A stretch of DNA of 64,000 bases, from positions 1 through 64,000 of the forward strand of contig CAZVGK010000002.1 of NCBI GenBank assembly GCA_964626665.1. Direction: 5' to 3'. The position numbers were made by a program, and so were the translations under genes. Below the pieces are notes generated by a model. That model was not told where the DNA came from. It saw only the letters and a list, made by a program, of their open reading frames with translations, and did no database searches. Positions 37,417 through 47,663 of the stretch are shown piece by piece (position 1 is the first letter of the stretch; every line of letters starts with the position of its first letter). This stretch comes from an uncultured Gemmatimonadota bacterium (lineage in GTDB: Bacteria; SM23-81; DAOVCL01).

Positions 37417-39060
37417 ATGCCAACTGATCGCCATATTGAACATTTCTACCTTAAACTGGACGGGCATAACGCCCCTGCCGAGGTGATGAACGCCATCATT
37501 GAGGTAGAAGTGGATCATAAAGTTAACCTGCCAACAATGTTTTCCATTGTCCTCCAGAATCCCGGGGGACGCTGGACTGATGATGCTCGTTTCCAGGAGG
37601 GTAAAATGGTGGAGATTTCCGCCCAGGGGGAGGATGGTCCAGTCCTTCTCAGCAAGGGGAAAATCACTGTAATTGAACCTGAACTCGTTGGCGGACATCA
37701 GGATCTCACCCTTCGGGGATATGATCTCTCCTACGGTCTCTACCGGAATAAGCATCGTCGCTCCTACATTCAAATGACCGATAGTGATATTGTGAGGAAG
37801 ATTGCTCAAGATGTCGGTCTGCAAGCAGAGGTAGAGAGCACCAGCCAAGTCCATGAATATGTCTTTCAGAACAATCAGACCTATATAGAATTTCTGCGGG
37901 AACGGAGTAAGGCAATCGGTTTTGAGCTGTTTGTGGAGGGTGATAAACTTACCTTCAGATCACCGCCATCCAGTTCAGATGGTTTATCCATATCCTTAAA
38001 GTGGGGGGAGGATTTCACCGAATTCCGCCCTAAGCTCTCCGTGGCCGAACAGGTGGATGAGGTAACCGTAAAGGGATGGGATCCCAAACAAAAAAAGGAG
38101 ATTATCGGACGGGCCACCAAGGGAGAGGGTGCCCCTGCAGTTGGTGAAAAACGCTCCGGCGGATCTGTGGCTAAGGAGGTTTGGGGCAAAGCATCTGTGC
38201 AGGTTTCCGACCGCCCGGTGGCCAATCAGGCCCAGGCGGATAAGATGGCCCAAGCCATCCTCAACGAAAAAGAGAGCAAGTTCATTACCGCCCAGGGAAA
38301 TTGTCGGGGAAATCCCCAGATCAAGGTGGGGAAAACCCTGGGAATATCAGGTGTAGGTAACCGTTTTTCTGGAAGGTATTATGTTACCTCCTGCAATCAT
38401 CGTTTGACCAAAGATAAAGGTTATATTGCCACCTTCTCTTTGAGCACCAGGTCACCAAAATCCATCTTGGAAACGATCCGAGGATCCTCTCAGGAGCGGA
38501 GGAATTATGGGGTTTTCATTGGGATTGTGACCAACAATCGGGACCCTAAGGGAATGGGTCGGGTAAAGGTAAAGTTCCCCTGGCTTGAGGATGGGGAGGA
38601 GAGTAATTGGGCCCGTATTGCCAGCCCAGCGGCAGGGAATGGTCGGGGAACCTATTGGATTCCAGAGGTTAACGATGAGGTTTTGGTGGGCTTTGAACAC
38701 GGTAGCATCAACCGTCCCTATGTCTTGGGTGGTCTCTGGAATGGGCAAGACAAGCCGCCACTCGATATTAATGAGGTGGTCTCCGGTGATGGCCATGTGC
38801 AGAAGTTTGTCTGGAAGAGCCGCAGCGGTCATACAATTATCATTGACGACTCTGATTCCGGTGCCGGCATTTCCATTTGCGACAAGACGGGAAAGAATAT
38901 GTTAGTTATCGATTCAATGAAGAATGCTCTGAAGGTCAGTGCCTCTGGTGACATCACCATTGAGGCTCAGGGAAAAGTAACCATTAAGGGAACGGCTGGA
39001 GTCGATATACAGTCACCAGGTCAGGTGAATGTAAAGGGTACAACGGTAAATATCAACTAA
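37417..39060 (+). CDS. VgrG-like spike/hub protein (Afp8-like)
   Basis: gp27-like N-part (Q.N.T..EFL.ER, V.V.GWDP..K, G.RFSG.Y.V); gp5 OB part IVTNN.DP..MGRVKVKFPW, PEVNDEVLV.FEHG....PYVLGGLWNG. Confidence 0.94.
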   Translation: MPTDRHIEHFYLKLDGHNAPAEVMNAIIEVEVDHKVNLPTMFSIVLQNPGGRWTDDARFQEGKMVEISAQGEDGPVLLSKGKITVIEPELVGGHQDLTLRGYDLSYGLYRNKHRRSYIQMTDSDIVRKIAQDVGLQAEVESTSQVHEYVFQNNQTYIEFLRERSKAIGFELFVEGDKLTFRSPPSSSDGLSISLKWGEDFTEFRPKLSVAEQVDEVTVKGWDPKQKKEIIGRATKGEGAPAVGEKRSGGSVAKEVWGKASVQVSDRPVANQAQADKMAQAILNEKESKFITAQGNCRGNPQIKVGKTLGISGVGNRFSGRYYVTSCNHRLTKDKGYIATFSLSTRSPKSILETIRGSSQERRNYGVFIGIVTNNRDPKGMGRVKVKFPWLEDGEESNWARIASPAAGNGRGTYWIPEVNDEVLVGFEHGSINRPYVLGGLWNGQDKPPLDINEVVSGDGHVQKFVWKSRSGHTIIIDDSDSGAGISICDKTGKNMLVIDSMKNALKVSASGDITIEAQGKVTIKGTAGVDIQSPGQVNVKGTTVNIN

Positions 39061-39063
39061 ACG

Positions 39064-39410
39064 GCGGTTCACAGGAGTCAGTAGTCAGCTATCGGCAATC
39101 AGGAAGCAGTTCACAGGGATCAGGAAACAGTTTACAGCTATCAGCCCCAAATACGCATAAACCACAGATGAGCACGGATTTTCACGGATTATATAAGAAT
39201 CTTTAATAATGCAGTTTTGAGTGAAAGAGGGGTTTAAATTCAAGTTTTGTGAGTTCACTATTTTCAATATCTTGTGATAATCTCGTGAAATCTTGTGGTT
39301 TCTTGATGCATAATCGCGGTCAGCTTTCGGCGATCAGAGAAAATCCCTGGCAAGTGACAACTGACAACTGACAACCGGTAACCGATAACTGTCTATTGGC
39401 TGACTGCTAA
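39064..39410. repeat. 7-nt-periodic inverted array interrupted by a MITE (39146-39320)
   Basis: cagtagt cagctat cggcaat caggaag cagttca cagggat... [insert] ...gtgacaa ctgacaa ctgacaa ccggtaa ccgataa. Confidence 0.8.
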
Positions 39411-39416
39411 TAACTT

Positions 39417-39809
39417 ATGGGACAGCCAGCAGCAAAACAGGGCGATAAGATAATGGCCACCGATACCCATATCATTATGGTTCCCTCGCCAGGTGGCCCA
39501 GTGCCTACCCCCCTTCCCCATCCCTTTAATGGGGTGATCGATGGCAATCTATCTCAGAATGTGAAGATTATGGGGAGACCAGCGGCTACTGTGGGCTCTA
39601 CTGCCACCAACCTACCACCCCACATACCCCAGGGGGGCCCTTTCCAGAAGCCTCCTACAAACAGGGGACAGATCATCGTCGGTAGCCCCACAGTCTTCAT
39701 CAATGGAAAGATGGCTGCCCGCAATGGAGATAAGGCGATGACCTGCAATGATCCGGTGGATCTTCCGGTGGGGACGGTTATGGCCGTGGGAACGGTCTTC
39801 ATAGGTTAG
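39417..39809 (+). CDS. PAAR-type spike tip
   Basis: PAAKQGD, PAATVGS, GS.TVFING.MAAR.GD, TC.D. Confidence 0.92.
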   Translation: MGQPAAKQGDKIMATDTHIIMVPSPGGPVPTPLPHPFNGVIDGNLSQNVKIMGRPAATVGSTATNLPPHIPQGGPFQKPPTNRGQIIVGSPTVFINGKMAARNGDKAMTCNDPVDLPVGTVMAVGTVFIG

Positions 39810-39841
39810 TTGATATTTCAGAACTTCTAAAATCTCTATTT

Positions 39842-40171
39842 TGGACACGGATAGACGCAGATTGCCAAGATTTTAACCCAAAAATATGTAGGAACCACAG
39901 ATGAACCCTGTTAAATAAAAACCATCTTAAGAATACAATGATGCCTATTTCTAAATTATTTAACGGGGTGAACACGGATTTTCACAGATTATATAAGAAT
40001 CTTCAAGAATATAGGCTTTCATCTTTTAGATGAAAGAGGGGTATAAACTCAATTTTTGTTAGTTCTTTATTTTGAATATCTTGTGATAATCTTGTGAAAT
40101 CTCGTGGTTGGCTAACGCATAATCCGGGATTAAATATTATTTTCTGCGGTTATCGGCGAAAATCTGCGTCC
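39842..40171. repeat. Three-level nested palindromic elements
   Basis: Outer shell as 31170-31236; middle as 39146-39320; inner 63-bp element 39906-39968 with TGAA direct repeats. Confidence 0.8.
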
Positions 40172-40356
40172 TAATTAGACATTTCGCAATTTCTAAGAAA
40201 TTCCGAAATGACGGGGGTTGTTTGAAGGGGGTATGCCCCCTTCAAGGGTGACAGCGGAGCAATCCGAGCGAGTGCAGGATTGCGGAGCGCCATAGGGTCG
40301 GTGAGACCCTATGGAGAAGTTAGCGACCGTAGGGAGCTAAGTTCAAAGGGGGGTTA

Positions 40357-40758
40357 ATGCCAGAAGGAGATTTCTTAGGCCAGGGATGGCACTTTCCTAT
40401 GACCGTTACCAAAACCGGAGGGATTGCCCTGGCCCGTCAGGAGGGTGATATCGAGGAGGCGATCAGGATTATCCTGGAAACGGACAGGGGGGAGCGACGG
40501 ATGAGGCCAGAGTTTGGTTGCATCCTCAGCGAACTTGTCTTTGCCCCAAACAACGCCACCACCTTTGGTCGGGTGGAGGAGGCTGTAAAGGAGGCCTTAG
40601 CCAGGTGGGAACCGCGCATTAGGGTAACAGAGATCAATGCACGGGCCGACCCCCAGGAGAGAAACATGCTTTTGATTGATATTGGCTATCAAATCAAGGC
40701 CTCGAATGATAGGAGAAATCTTGTTTACCCATTTTATCTGATTCCAAAGGAGATGTGA
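40357..40758 (+). CDS. Baseplate gp25/GPW-like protein (Afp9-like)
   Basis: FLG.GW.FP, DIEEAI.IIL.T..GER.MRPEFGC, AL.RWEPRI, NLVYPFY. Confidence 0.94.
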   Translation: MPEGDFLGQGWHFPMTVTKTGGIALARQEGDIEEAIRIILETDRGERRMRPEFGCILSELVFAPNNATTFGRVEEAVKEALARWEPRIRVTEINARADPQERNMLLIDIGYQIKASNDRRNLVYPFYLIPKEM

Positions 40759-40759
40759 T

Positions 40760-42718
40760 ATGGCTTTGCCCACGCCTAATTTGGATGATCGCAGTTTTCA
40801 ATCTATTGTCGATGAGGCAAAAAGCCTGATTCCCCGTTACTGTCCCGAGTGGACAGATCACAACCTAAGTGACCCGGGGATCACTTTGATAGAGCTTTTT
40901 GCCTGGATGACTGAGCTTACCCTTTATAGGCTCAATCAGGTTCCAGAAAAGAACTACATCAAGTTTTTGGAACTATTGGGCATCAATCTTCTTCCCCCGC
41001 GGGCGGCCAACGCCGAGCTGACCTTTCGCCTTTCTGCCCCCCAGTCGCAGAAGGTGATGATCCCCAAAGGGACCGAGGTGGCCACAGTGCGCACGGAAAG
41101 GGAGGAGTCTGTAGTCTTCACCACAGATAAGGATCTGGAGATAGATGTTCCCACCCTCATAGAGTGCCTGGCTACCTCCGAGGGGAAGACTTTTGAAAGC
41201 AGAATGACCTCCCTGGAGATGGCAGAGGGAGAATTTTTGGCCTTTGATCCTAAGCCCATGCCTAATAATGCTCTCCTCTTCGGCTTGGGAGGGGATTTAG
41301 GTGGCAATACTTTAGGCCTGGGGGTAAACTGTGAGATAGAGGGAATTGGTGTCTCCCCGGAAAATCCTCCTCTGGCCTGGGAGGCCTGGTGTGGAGAAAA
41401 GGGTTGGCTTCCCACGGAGGTGCTGAAGGAGACAACTGGAGGGTTTAACCTTAATGGAGTGGTGGAACTTGCGTTGCCAGAGGGGTTGGTGGGCAACGAA
41501 TTGGGCGGTAAATATGCCCATTGTTGGGTTAGGTGTCGGGTTATAGAGCCTGGGCCCAATCAGCCCTTTTACGAGAGCTCTCCCCGCATTAGAGGGGTGC
41601 GGGCTTACTCTGTGGGAGGGACCGTCTCTGCTACCCAGGCAACAGAGGTGAGGGGGGAAGTCTTGGGGATGAGCGAAGGGAAACCTGGGCAATCGTTTCA
41701 GTTGAGGAATAGTCCCATCCTTGCCCGGAGGCCAGAGGAGACGATTGAGGTGATTTCGGAGAGTGGGAAGGAGGTGGAGAGCTGGCAGGAGGTAGGGGAC
41801 TTTGCCAGCTCTGGCCCGGAAAAGAGGCATTTTGTCTGTGATAGCGCCCAGGGGCTGGTGCAATTTGGCCCGGCTATCAGGGAGCAGGATGGAACTATGA
41901 AACAATATGGGGCCATTCCCGCCAAGGGTTCACAGATAAGGTTTGTCTCCTACCGCTGTGGGGGAGGAGAGGGGGGAAATGTGGCCGCTGGTACTCTCAC
42001 AGTTCTCAAGTCCTCCATTCCCTATGTTGCTGGGGTGACAAACCGTAAGCCCGCGCGGGGAGGGGCCGATCTGGAAAGCTTAGAGAGAGCCAAACTGCTT
42101 GCTCCTAAGTTTCTCAGGGCGCGCAACAGGGCCGTCACGGCGGAGGATTTCGAGGTCTTTGCCTTGAGGGCCACATCTGGTGTTGCGCGGGCCAAGTGTC
42201 TGGGGGCAGCGGGAACAGATAATGTGGTAACCGTCTGCGGTGTCCCTGCCCTGAGTGGTTCCCCGGAACTTCTCACAAAGCAGAATCTCACCCTTCACCA
42301 GGAAGTTAAGAAGGAGATCGAGATCTATCTCAACGAGCGTTGCCTCCTCACCATCAGTACCTCTGTGCAAGATGCGGAGTATATTTGGGTGACAGTGGAA
42401 GCTGAGCTACAGGCTCAACCAGGGAGTGACTTAAAGAGGGTGAGGGAAGAAGCCGAGAAGGTTCTCTATGAGTATCTCCACCCCTTAAAGGGGGGGCCAT
42501 TTGGGGATGGTTGGCCCTTTGGGCGGGATCTGACCTCCTTTGAGCTCTATCCCCCGTTGCAGAGGGTGGGAGGGGTAGGGGCAGTGAGCAAGATTACCCT
42601 CTGGACCCACAGTGACTTAGAGGAGAAACCAGGCGATAAGGGAGATAGGGTAAAGGTCCCCAAAGCGGGGTTGATCTGCTCTGGCCATCATAGGGTTACG
42701 GTTGTGCAGGGGATATAA
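40760..42718 (+). CDS. Baseplate J-like wedge protein (Afp11-like)
   Basis: LP.PNLDDR.FQ, PEWTDHN.SDPGITLIELFAW, RLNQVP, GGG..GNV, RAVT.EDFE, GWPFGR. Confidence 0.94.
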   Translation: MALPTPNLDDRSFQSIVDEAKSLIPRYCPEWTDHNLSDPGITLIELFAWMTELTLYRLNQVPEKNYIKFLELLGINLLPPRAANAELTFRLSAPQSQKVMIPKGTEVATVRTEREESVVFTTDKDLEIDVPTLIECLATSEGKTFESRMTSLEMAEGEFLAFDPKPMPNNALLFGLGGDLGGNTLGLGVNCEIEGIGVSPENPPLAWEAWCGEKGWLPTEVLKETTGGFNLNGVVELALPEGLVGNELGGKYAHCWVRCRVIEPGPNQPFYESSPRIRGVRAYSVGGTVSATQATEVRGEVLGMSEGKPGQSFQLRNSPILARRPEETIEVISESGKEVESWQEVGDFASSGPEKRHFVCDSAQGLVQFGPAIREQDGTMKQYGAIPAKGSQIRFVSYRCGGGEGGNVAAGTLTVLKSSIPYVAGVTNRKPARGGADLESLERAKLLAPKFLRARNRAVTAEDFEVFALRATSGVARAKCLGAAGTDNVVTVCGVPALSGSPELLTKQNLTLHQEVKKEIEIYLNERCLLTISTSVQDAEYIWVTVEAELQAQPGSDLKRVREEAEKVLYEYLHPLKGGPFGDGWPFGRDLTSFELYPPLQRVGGVGAVSKITLWTHSDLEEKPGDKGDRVKVPKAGLICSGHHRVTVVQGI

Positions 42719-42808
42719 GAAACAGTTCACGGTGATCAGCGGTCAGCTTCCAGTGTTACGGAAAACCGCTGACAACTGACAACTGACAACCGTTAAGAAT
42801 TGAGGACA

Positions 42809-43354
42809 ATGGAAAGAGAAAAGTTTCCCCCCAGCAGCTATCTCAAGTATCTCCCCGCCATCTACAGTCAAGATGAGTTTTGGGGGCGTTTTCTCCACAT
42901 ATTTGAAGATGTCTGGACCCCGATAGAGGAGAGAATAGAGCAGATGGGCCTCTATCTGGATCCCAGGTATACGCCAGAGAGTTTTCTCCCCTGGCTGGCC
43001 TCCTGGATGGGAATAGGGTTAAATTCCCGCAGGTCCCTAAGAGGACAGAGAGGGCTAATTAAAGATCTAATTGAGCTCTCCAACTGGAGAGGGACAAGGA
43101 GAGGGTTGCGGGAGCATATCAAGTTGGTCACTGGGTTTGAATCCCAAATATCGGAGAGTGGCACAGGTATGATCCTGGGTGAGGCCAGCCAATTGGGAGT
43201 GAATACGACCTTGAGCAGCAGTTCCGGTCGGAATCATCTACTCATTACTCTATTCGCTGATGATACCACCAAGGTGGATAGGGAGCTGGTGGGGGGAATA
43301 GTTCAGTTCCACCTCCCTGCCCAGGCCACATATTCATTGGAAATAGTTTCGTAA
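42809..43354 (+). CDS. Baseplate/tail protein I-like (P2 gpI type)
   Basis: YL.YLPAIY, FL.IFE, YLDP..TP..FLPWLASW.G, RGT.RGL, PA. Confidence 0.88.
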   Translation: MEREKFPPSSYLKYLPAIYSQDEFWGRFLHIFEDVWTPIEERIEQMGLYLDPRYTPESFLPWLASWMGIGLNSRRSLRGQRGLIKDLIELSNWRGTRRGLREHIKLVTGFESQISESGTGMILGEASQLGVNTTLSSSSGRNHLLITLFADDTTKVDRELVGGIVQFHLPAQATYSLEIVS

Positions 43355-43435
43355 CAGTTCACAGGAGAGGCAGTCAGCCCTCAGCGGTCAGCTATCAGAA
43401 GCCAGTTGTCAGGGATCAGTAGTCAGGGAAAATAG

Positions 43436-43795
43436 ATGAGTTTCAAGAGTTATCAAGATTTGGAAGTATGGCAGAGAGCGATGGACTTAGTCGTGCTGTG
43501 CTATCAGATGACAAGGGACTTTCCTAAGAGCGAGATTTATGGACTTACCAGTCAGATTCGTCGTGCTGCTGTATCGATCCCGGCAAATATTGCTGAAGGA
43601 CGGGAACGGCAACATAGCAAGGAGTTTCTTCAGCATCTATCCATAGCCTATGGCTCTCTTGCAGAGTTGGAGACTCATGTGCAGATAGCCAAACGATTGG
43701 ATTATATCGATGTGAGTCAGTTAAAGGGGGTATTGGGTAAATCAGCAGAAATTGGGCGAATGCTCAATGGTTTGCGGAGGTCTATACAGTCTTAG
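43436..43795 (+). CDS. Four-helix-bundle protein (23S rRNA IVP / Avd-like family)
   Basis: SYQDLEVWQRAM.L, FPKSEIYGLTSQIRRAAVSIPANIAEG, FL..LSIAYGSLAELET; flanked by heptamer arrays 43355-43430 and 43800-43872. Confidence 0.92.
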   Translation: MSFKSYQDLEVWQRAMDLVVLCYQMTRDFPKSEIYGLTSQIRRAAVSIPANIAEGRERQHSKEFLQHLSIAYGSLAELETHVQIAKRLDYIDVSQLKGVLGKSAEIGRMLNGLRRSIQS

Positions 43796-43886
43796 GAATC
43801 AGCAATTAGCAGTTAGTTGTCAGCAAGCAGGAAGAACTCCTGACAACTGACAACTGACAACCGACAACTGAAAAAGTGAGGGATCT

Positions 43887-45014
43887 ATGCTAAAAGGGAT
43901 TCTTCAAGGTTCCATCGAGAGAGTGAAGGGCTTTGAGGGGATGAGGGTCGATGCCACAGTGTGGAACCAGGCCCACGATTTCCATTTTTACCAACAGATG
44001 TTTCATAACCTTGGCTTCCATGGGGCTGGCATTGCTTCAGGATTGGAGGTGTTTGCGCAAAATCCGCCAGGCCGTTCCCTCATCATCAGTCCCGGCATTG
44101 CCGTTGACCAAAGGGGATATCCTATCATCCTATCTAAGAAGGAGGTCTATCCCTTAACCATTAAGAAGAAGGGAAAGGTTTATCTCAACATTCAGTTTGC
44201 CGAAGTTCCGGCAGAAGGGTCATCTCAGGGCCATCCCTACCGTTTCAAGCAAGCATATAGGATACAGGAGTCTCAGAATCCTCCAGGCGAGTTTGAGATC
44301 GAACTGGCCCAAGTGGAGATAACCGGTGAAAAGGAACCAATTACTGATGCCGCGGATCCCTCTCATCCGCAGGCAAACCGGATAGACCTCCGGTTCCGAA
44401 ATTACGCTGGTGGGCACATCAGAGGAGCGATTTCCCTGGGGCAGGTTAGCTGGGAGGGGGAGGGGGGAGCCCTCCATCTTGATGGCCTGTTTCAATTGAC
44501 TAACCATATCAATAACCAGACCCCTTATCGGGCTGAATTCGCCGGGCCAGTCCCGTTGAAGGGGGATCTCAACGGCTTTAATCTCCTCTATTTTTCTGCC
44601 GACGGAAGCTTTAAATTGACCGCAGAGGAGGAGAAGTCCTTGGCCAAGTTTCTAAACGGAGGCGGTTTCCTCTTCGGCAATGGATGTTCTCAGGTGCCCA
44701 AAAACGAGTTCGGCTTTGCCTTCAATGACTTAGCCACTAAGCTGAAGCGGTCGCTCTCCCAATTGAAACCTGATCATCCTATCCTCAAAGTACATTATCC
44801 TTTCTCTTACCCACCTCAGGTTTCCGGGGAGGGCAGGCCGCTGATGATCGGTGACGGTCTCGTATATTGCGACGCTGACTATGGTTGTGCCTGGAGTGGA
44901 AAGGGGGCCAAGGTAGGTATCTCCCGTGAGGAGATCCGCTCTGCCTTGGAGTTTGGCACAAATGTCCTCATCTATGGTTACCACAATTGGTTAAGACACC
45001 AAATGACCAAATGA
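43887..45014 (+). CDS. Fibre-like N-terminal domain fused to a DUF4159-like domain
   Basis: R...F.GM......W...H..H......HN...HG.GI..GLEV, ISPG.A.D..G..I; C-terminal L.KFL..GGFLF...C, L..DHPI, D..CAW, A..FG.N. Confidence 0.7.
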   Translation: MLKGILQGSIERVKGFEGMRVDATVWNQAHDFHFYQQMFHNLGFHGAGIASGLEVFAQNPPGRSLIISPGIAVDQRGYPIILSKKEVYPLTIKKKGKVYLNIQFAEVPAEGSSQGHPYRFKQAYRIQESQNPPGEFEIELAQVEITGEKEPITDAADPSHPQANRIDLRFRNYAGGHIRGAISLGQVSWEGEGGALHLDGLFQLTNHINNQTPYRAEFAGPVPLKGDLNGFNLLYFSADGSFKLTAEEEKSLAKFLNGGGFLFGNGCSQVPKNEFGFAFNDLATKLKRSLSQLKPDHPILKVHYPFSYPPQVSGEGRPLMIGDGLVYCDADYGCAWSGKGAKVGISREEIRSALEFGTNVLIYGYHNWLRHQMTK

Positions 45015-45569
45015 CGAATGGTAGCGAGAACCTTTAGGTTGCGAGAGGACAAGGAAACAGGGAACCGCAGATTAACGCAGAACTACGCAGATATGTGCGG
45101 GTTAAGGGCCTTCAGGCCCCTTGGTTCAACCCACGGCGGGCTAAAGCCCAGAGGAGGTTGCCCCTGCTTTTGCGGGGGTAGAATATTCTGTGTTGTTCCG
45201 TGTAAATCCGTGGTAGGTTTTTTTCTGTTTCTACCGCACTTTAGTGCAGGGTAAGGAGATCTTTAGCCCCTCGCACTTACTGGCTAGGCCATCAAAGATA
45301 ATCTCCTCCCCCTTGATGGGGTAGGACTAAGAAGAGGGTGACAATCGACTTAGCTCGGGAGTTTGTAGGGGTTGCATTTATGCGACCCTGCCTTGCGGGC
45401 TTGATAAGCCATGCCCCTACATAAAGAGAGGAGGGTGGCAGAATCGGGGTTTTGCCACCTCGCTTGTGACAAAATCCTGTAAATCCTGTTATCCTGTCAA
45501 AGAAGTTCCACCGAAGGTGGTAAAGTTCAATCATAGTCAAAATAGTACTTACAGTTCTTAATTTTTCCC

Positions 45570-45599
45570 TTGACTTCTCCCATTCCGTTACTGTATGAT
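45570..45599 (+). promoter_or_regulatory. Putative sigma70 promoter for the CisA-like gene
   Basis: TTGACT-N18-TATGAT, ~150 bp upstream of ATG 45750. Confidence 0.45.
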
Positions 45600-45749
45600 A
45601 GGATCAATCTGAACTAAGCACAAAATCGAGTGTAACAGTTTCCAGAGGCAAGGGATCAGGAGTCTTTCCTGGCCACTGAAAAGCTGACCGCTGAAAGCTG
45701 ACTGCTGATTGCTCTAAGCTGTTACTTTCATTAAACCAGGTGGAGGCCA

Positions 45750-47663
45750 ATGGCAAAGAAGATAATACTTTCCTTTTCTCAGTATACCATATCGCTGGAG
45801 GCAGGTGCTAATATAAAGAGCACCATCAGCATAATAAACCGTGGCTCAGTTGTTGACCAGTTTTCCGTTGAGGTTGAGGGACTGGAGGAAAGCTGGTACA
45901 CTTTGAGTGCCTCCAGTGTGAAGCTCTTTCCCGGCGGTCAGGAATCGATTACCCTTACCATTCATCCCCCTAAGGAGTCGTCGAGCAAGGCCGGGAAATA
46001 TCCATTCTCGATAAAGGCTGCCTCTGTGGAGAATCCTAAGGAGATAGCCACAGAGTTGGGCACCCTGGAGATTCAACCCTATCATGAATTTGGGGCTGAG
46101 CTCCATCCCACCCAGAGGGTAACCCGCGGTGAGGCAGACTTTCAGTTGACCATTCGCAATAAGGGCAACAGCCGAGAGACATTCAAGGTTAACGCCCAGG
46201 ACGAACAGGGGGGCTGTCAATTTAGATTCGAGGATGAGGAGGTCAAGTTAGACCCTGGGGAGAGCAGTAAAGTTGGCCTCTGGGTGGCGGCCAAGAGCAG
46301 GCCAAAGTTCGGAGCCAAGAAGCAATACTCCTTTCTGGTTAATGTAATCCCTGAGTGGAACAAGGAAGCCGCAGAGGTAGTTAGTGGTCAGGTTGCCTAT
46401 CTGGCTATGGTTCCTCGTTGGCTGGTGAGGGCAATAGTGCCTATCATAGTCGTAATTATAGCAGGTTTTTTGTTTCTGTGGCCGGTGAAAGCGCCGATTA
46501 TCCAATTCTTTTCCGTTTCTCCCGACTCCCTTTCTCCGGGTGGTTCCGCTCTGCTTAGTTGGGAGGTGAGGCAGGCCAAAAGCATCCTCATCCAACCCGA
46601 GCCTGGAAATGTAAAGGCCATAGATACGCTCAGGGTCTCTCCGGAGAAATCAACAATCTATACCATGACAGCTAAGAACAGAAGGGGGGTAACCAAGCAG
46701 AAAAAGGCATCGCTGGTGGTGGTCTATCCTCTGCCGGAGATTGTTAGCTTTGAGGCTCAACCGCAAAAGGTGAAGAACCCCACTAAGGGGGTAACCCTTA
46801 CCTGGAAGGTGGAAAAGGCTAAGAAGGTGAAGATCGAGCCAGACATCGGTGATGTTGCGGCAGAGGGCTCCAAAACCGCCTATCCGGAGAAGACAACCAC
46901 TTTTACCCTCACCGCTACCAATGAGGGAGGGGATGTGGAGAGAGGGGTAGATGTTATCTTAGAGTCCGATAGGGCCAGTTTTGATATGGAATTACAAGCG
47001 ACTGATAAAAGGATGAAGGACTACATTGCAACGGGGAAACACCTTTACAGGGAGAAACATCTTTATGATCAGGCAGTGGAGAAATTTAAGCTCAGCCGTA
47101 AGGAGTATACGAAATTCAAGAGGAAATTTGGGTCAGAGCCCACCTTAAAGAAATTAGATGGTGAAGCCGCCAGCTGGATCAGAAAGGTTTCCCTGCAAAC
47201 AAATAAGGAGAGTGCCTTTAAGGTGACCAGAGGCATTATGCAGGAGAAGTTAAACTCGGGGAAGGCCTTCTACCAGGCTGGCAGGCTGGGGGAGGCCCAA
47301 AAAGACTTTGAGGCCTGTATCCAAGGCTATCGAGATTTTAGGAAGAAGTTCGGCAAGCAAAAGGAGTTGGCTGGTCTGAGCACCTCCGCCCAGGAGTGGA
47401 TTAAGAAGATGAAAGGTGAGTCAAGCAAGGAGGGGTTACTTGAGGAAACCAGGAAGGCGATGAAGGAGCACAACGGCCTGGGTAAGGGATTCCATGACAA
47501 AGGGGAATATGACCAGGCAATCAAGGAGTTCAAATCCAGCTTGGAAAGCTATGAGAAGTTCAAAGCTAAGTTTGGTGTTGATCCCCAGCTCAAGACCTTA
47601 AATGCAGAGGCTCAAGAGGGGTTAGAAAAGGCGAAGATGGCGAAGGAGCTGGAGAGAAGGTGA
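45750..47663 (+). CDS. Bitopic membrane protein: CisA-like N-terminal Ig domains, TM, two Ig repeats, three TPR-like repeats
   Basis: N.G.VVDQF.V.V.G....W.......V.LFPG......L.I.PP......AG..PF; I.NKGN; TM WLVRAIVPIIVVIIAGFLFLW; no signal peptide; RBS GGAGG. Confidence 0.75.
   Translation: MAKKIILSFSQYTISLEAGANIKSTISIINRGSVVDQFSVEVEGLEESWYTLSASSVKLFPGGQESITLTIHPPKESSSKAGKYPFSIKAASVENPKEIATELGTLEIQPYHEFGAELHPTQRVTRGEADFQLTIRNKGNSRETFKVNAQDEQGGCQFRFEDEEVKLDPGESSKVGLWVAAKSRPKFGAKKQYSFLVNVIPEWNKEAAEVVSGQVAYLAMVPRWLVRAIVPIIVVIIAGFLFLWPVKAPIIQFFSVSPDSLSPGGSALLSWEVRQAKSILIQPEPGNVKAIDTLRVSPEKSTIYTMTAKNRRGVTKQKKASLVVVYPLPEIVSFEAQPQKVKNPTKGVTLTWKVEKAKKVKIEPDIGDVAAEGSKTAYPEKTTTFTLTATNEGGDVERGVDVILESDRASFDMELQATDKRMKDYIATGKHLYREKHLYDQAVEKFKLSRKEYTKFKRKFGSEPTLKKLDGEAASWIRKVSLQTNKESAFKVTRGIMQEKLNSGKAFYQAGRLGEAQKDFEACIQGYRDFRKKFGKQKELAGLSTSAQEWIKKMKGESSKEGLLEETRKAMKEHNGLGKGFHDKGEYDQAIKEFKSSLESYEKFKAKFGVDPQLKTLNAEAQEGLEKAKMAKELERR

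Noticed and set aside
43436-43795. 23S rRNA intervening sequence
   Set aside because: The protein family matches, but no rRNA sequence flanks the gene.
28517-45014. Prophage or canonical T6SS
   Set aside because: No capsid, portal, terminase or integrase; no TssBC split sheath, TssJLM or ClpV; Pvc16, Afp15-type ATPase and DUF4157 indicate eCIS/CIS.
45018-45540. Short ORFs between the DUF4159 and CisA-like genes
   Set aside because: The region is a patchwork of repeat families; the ORFs are incidental.
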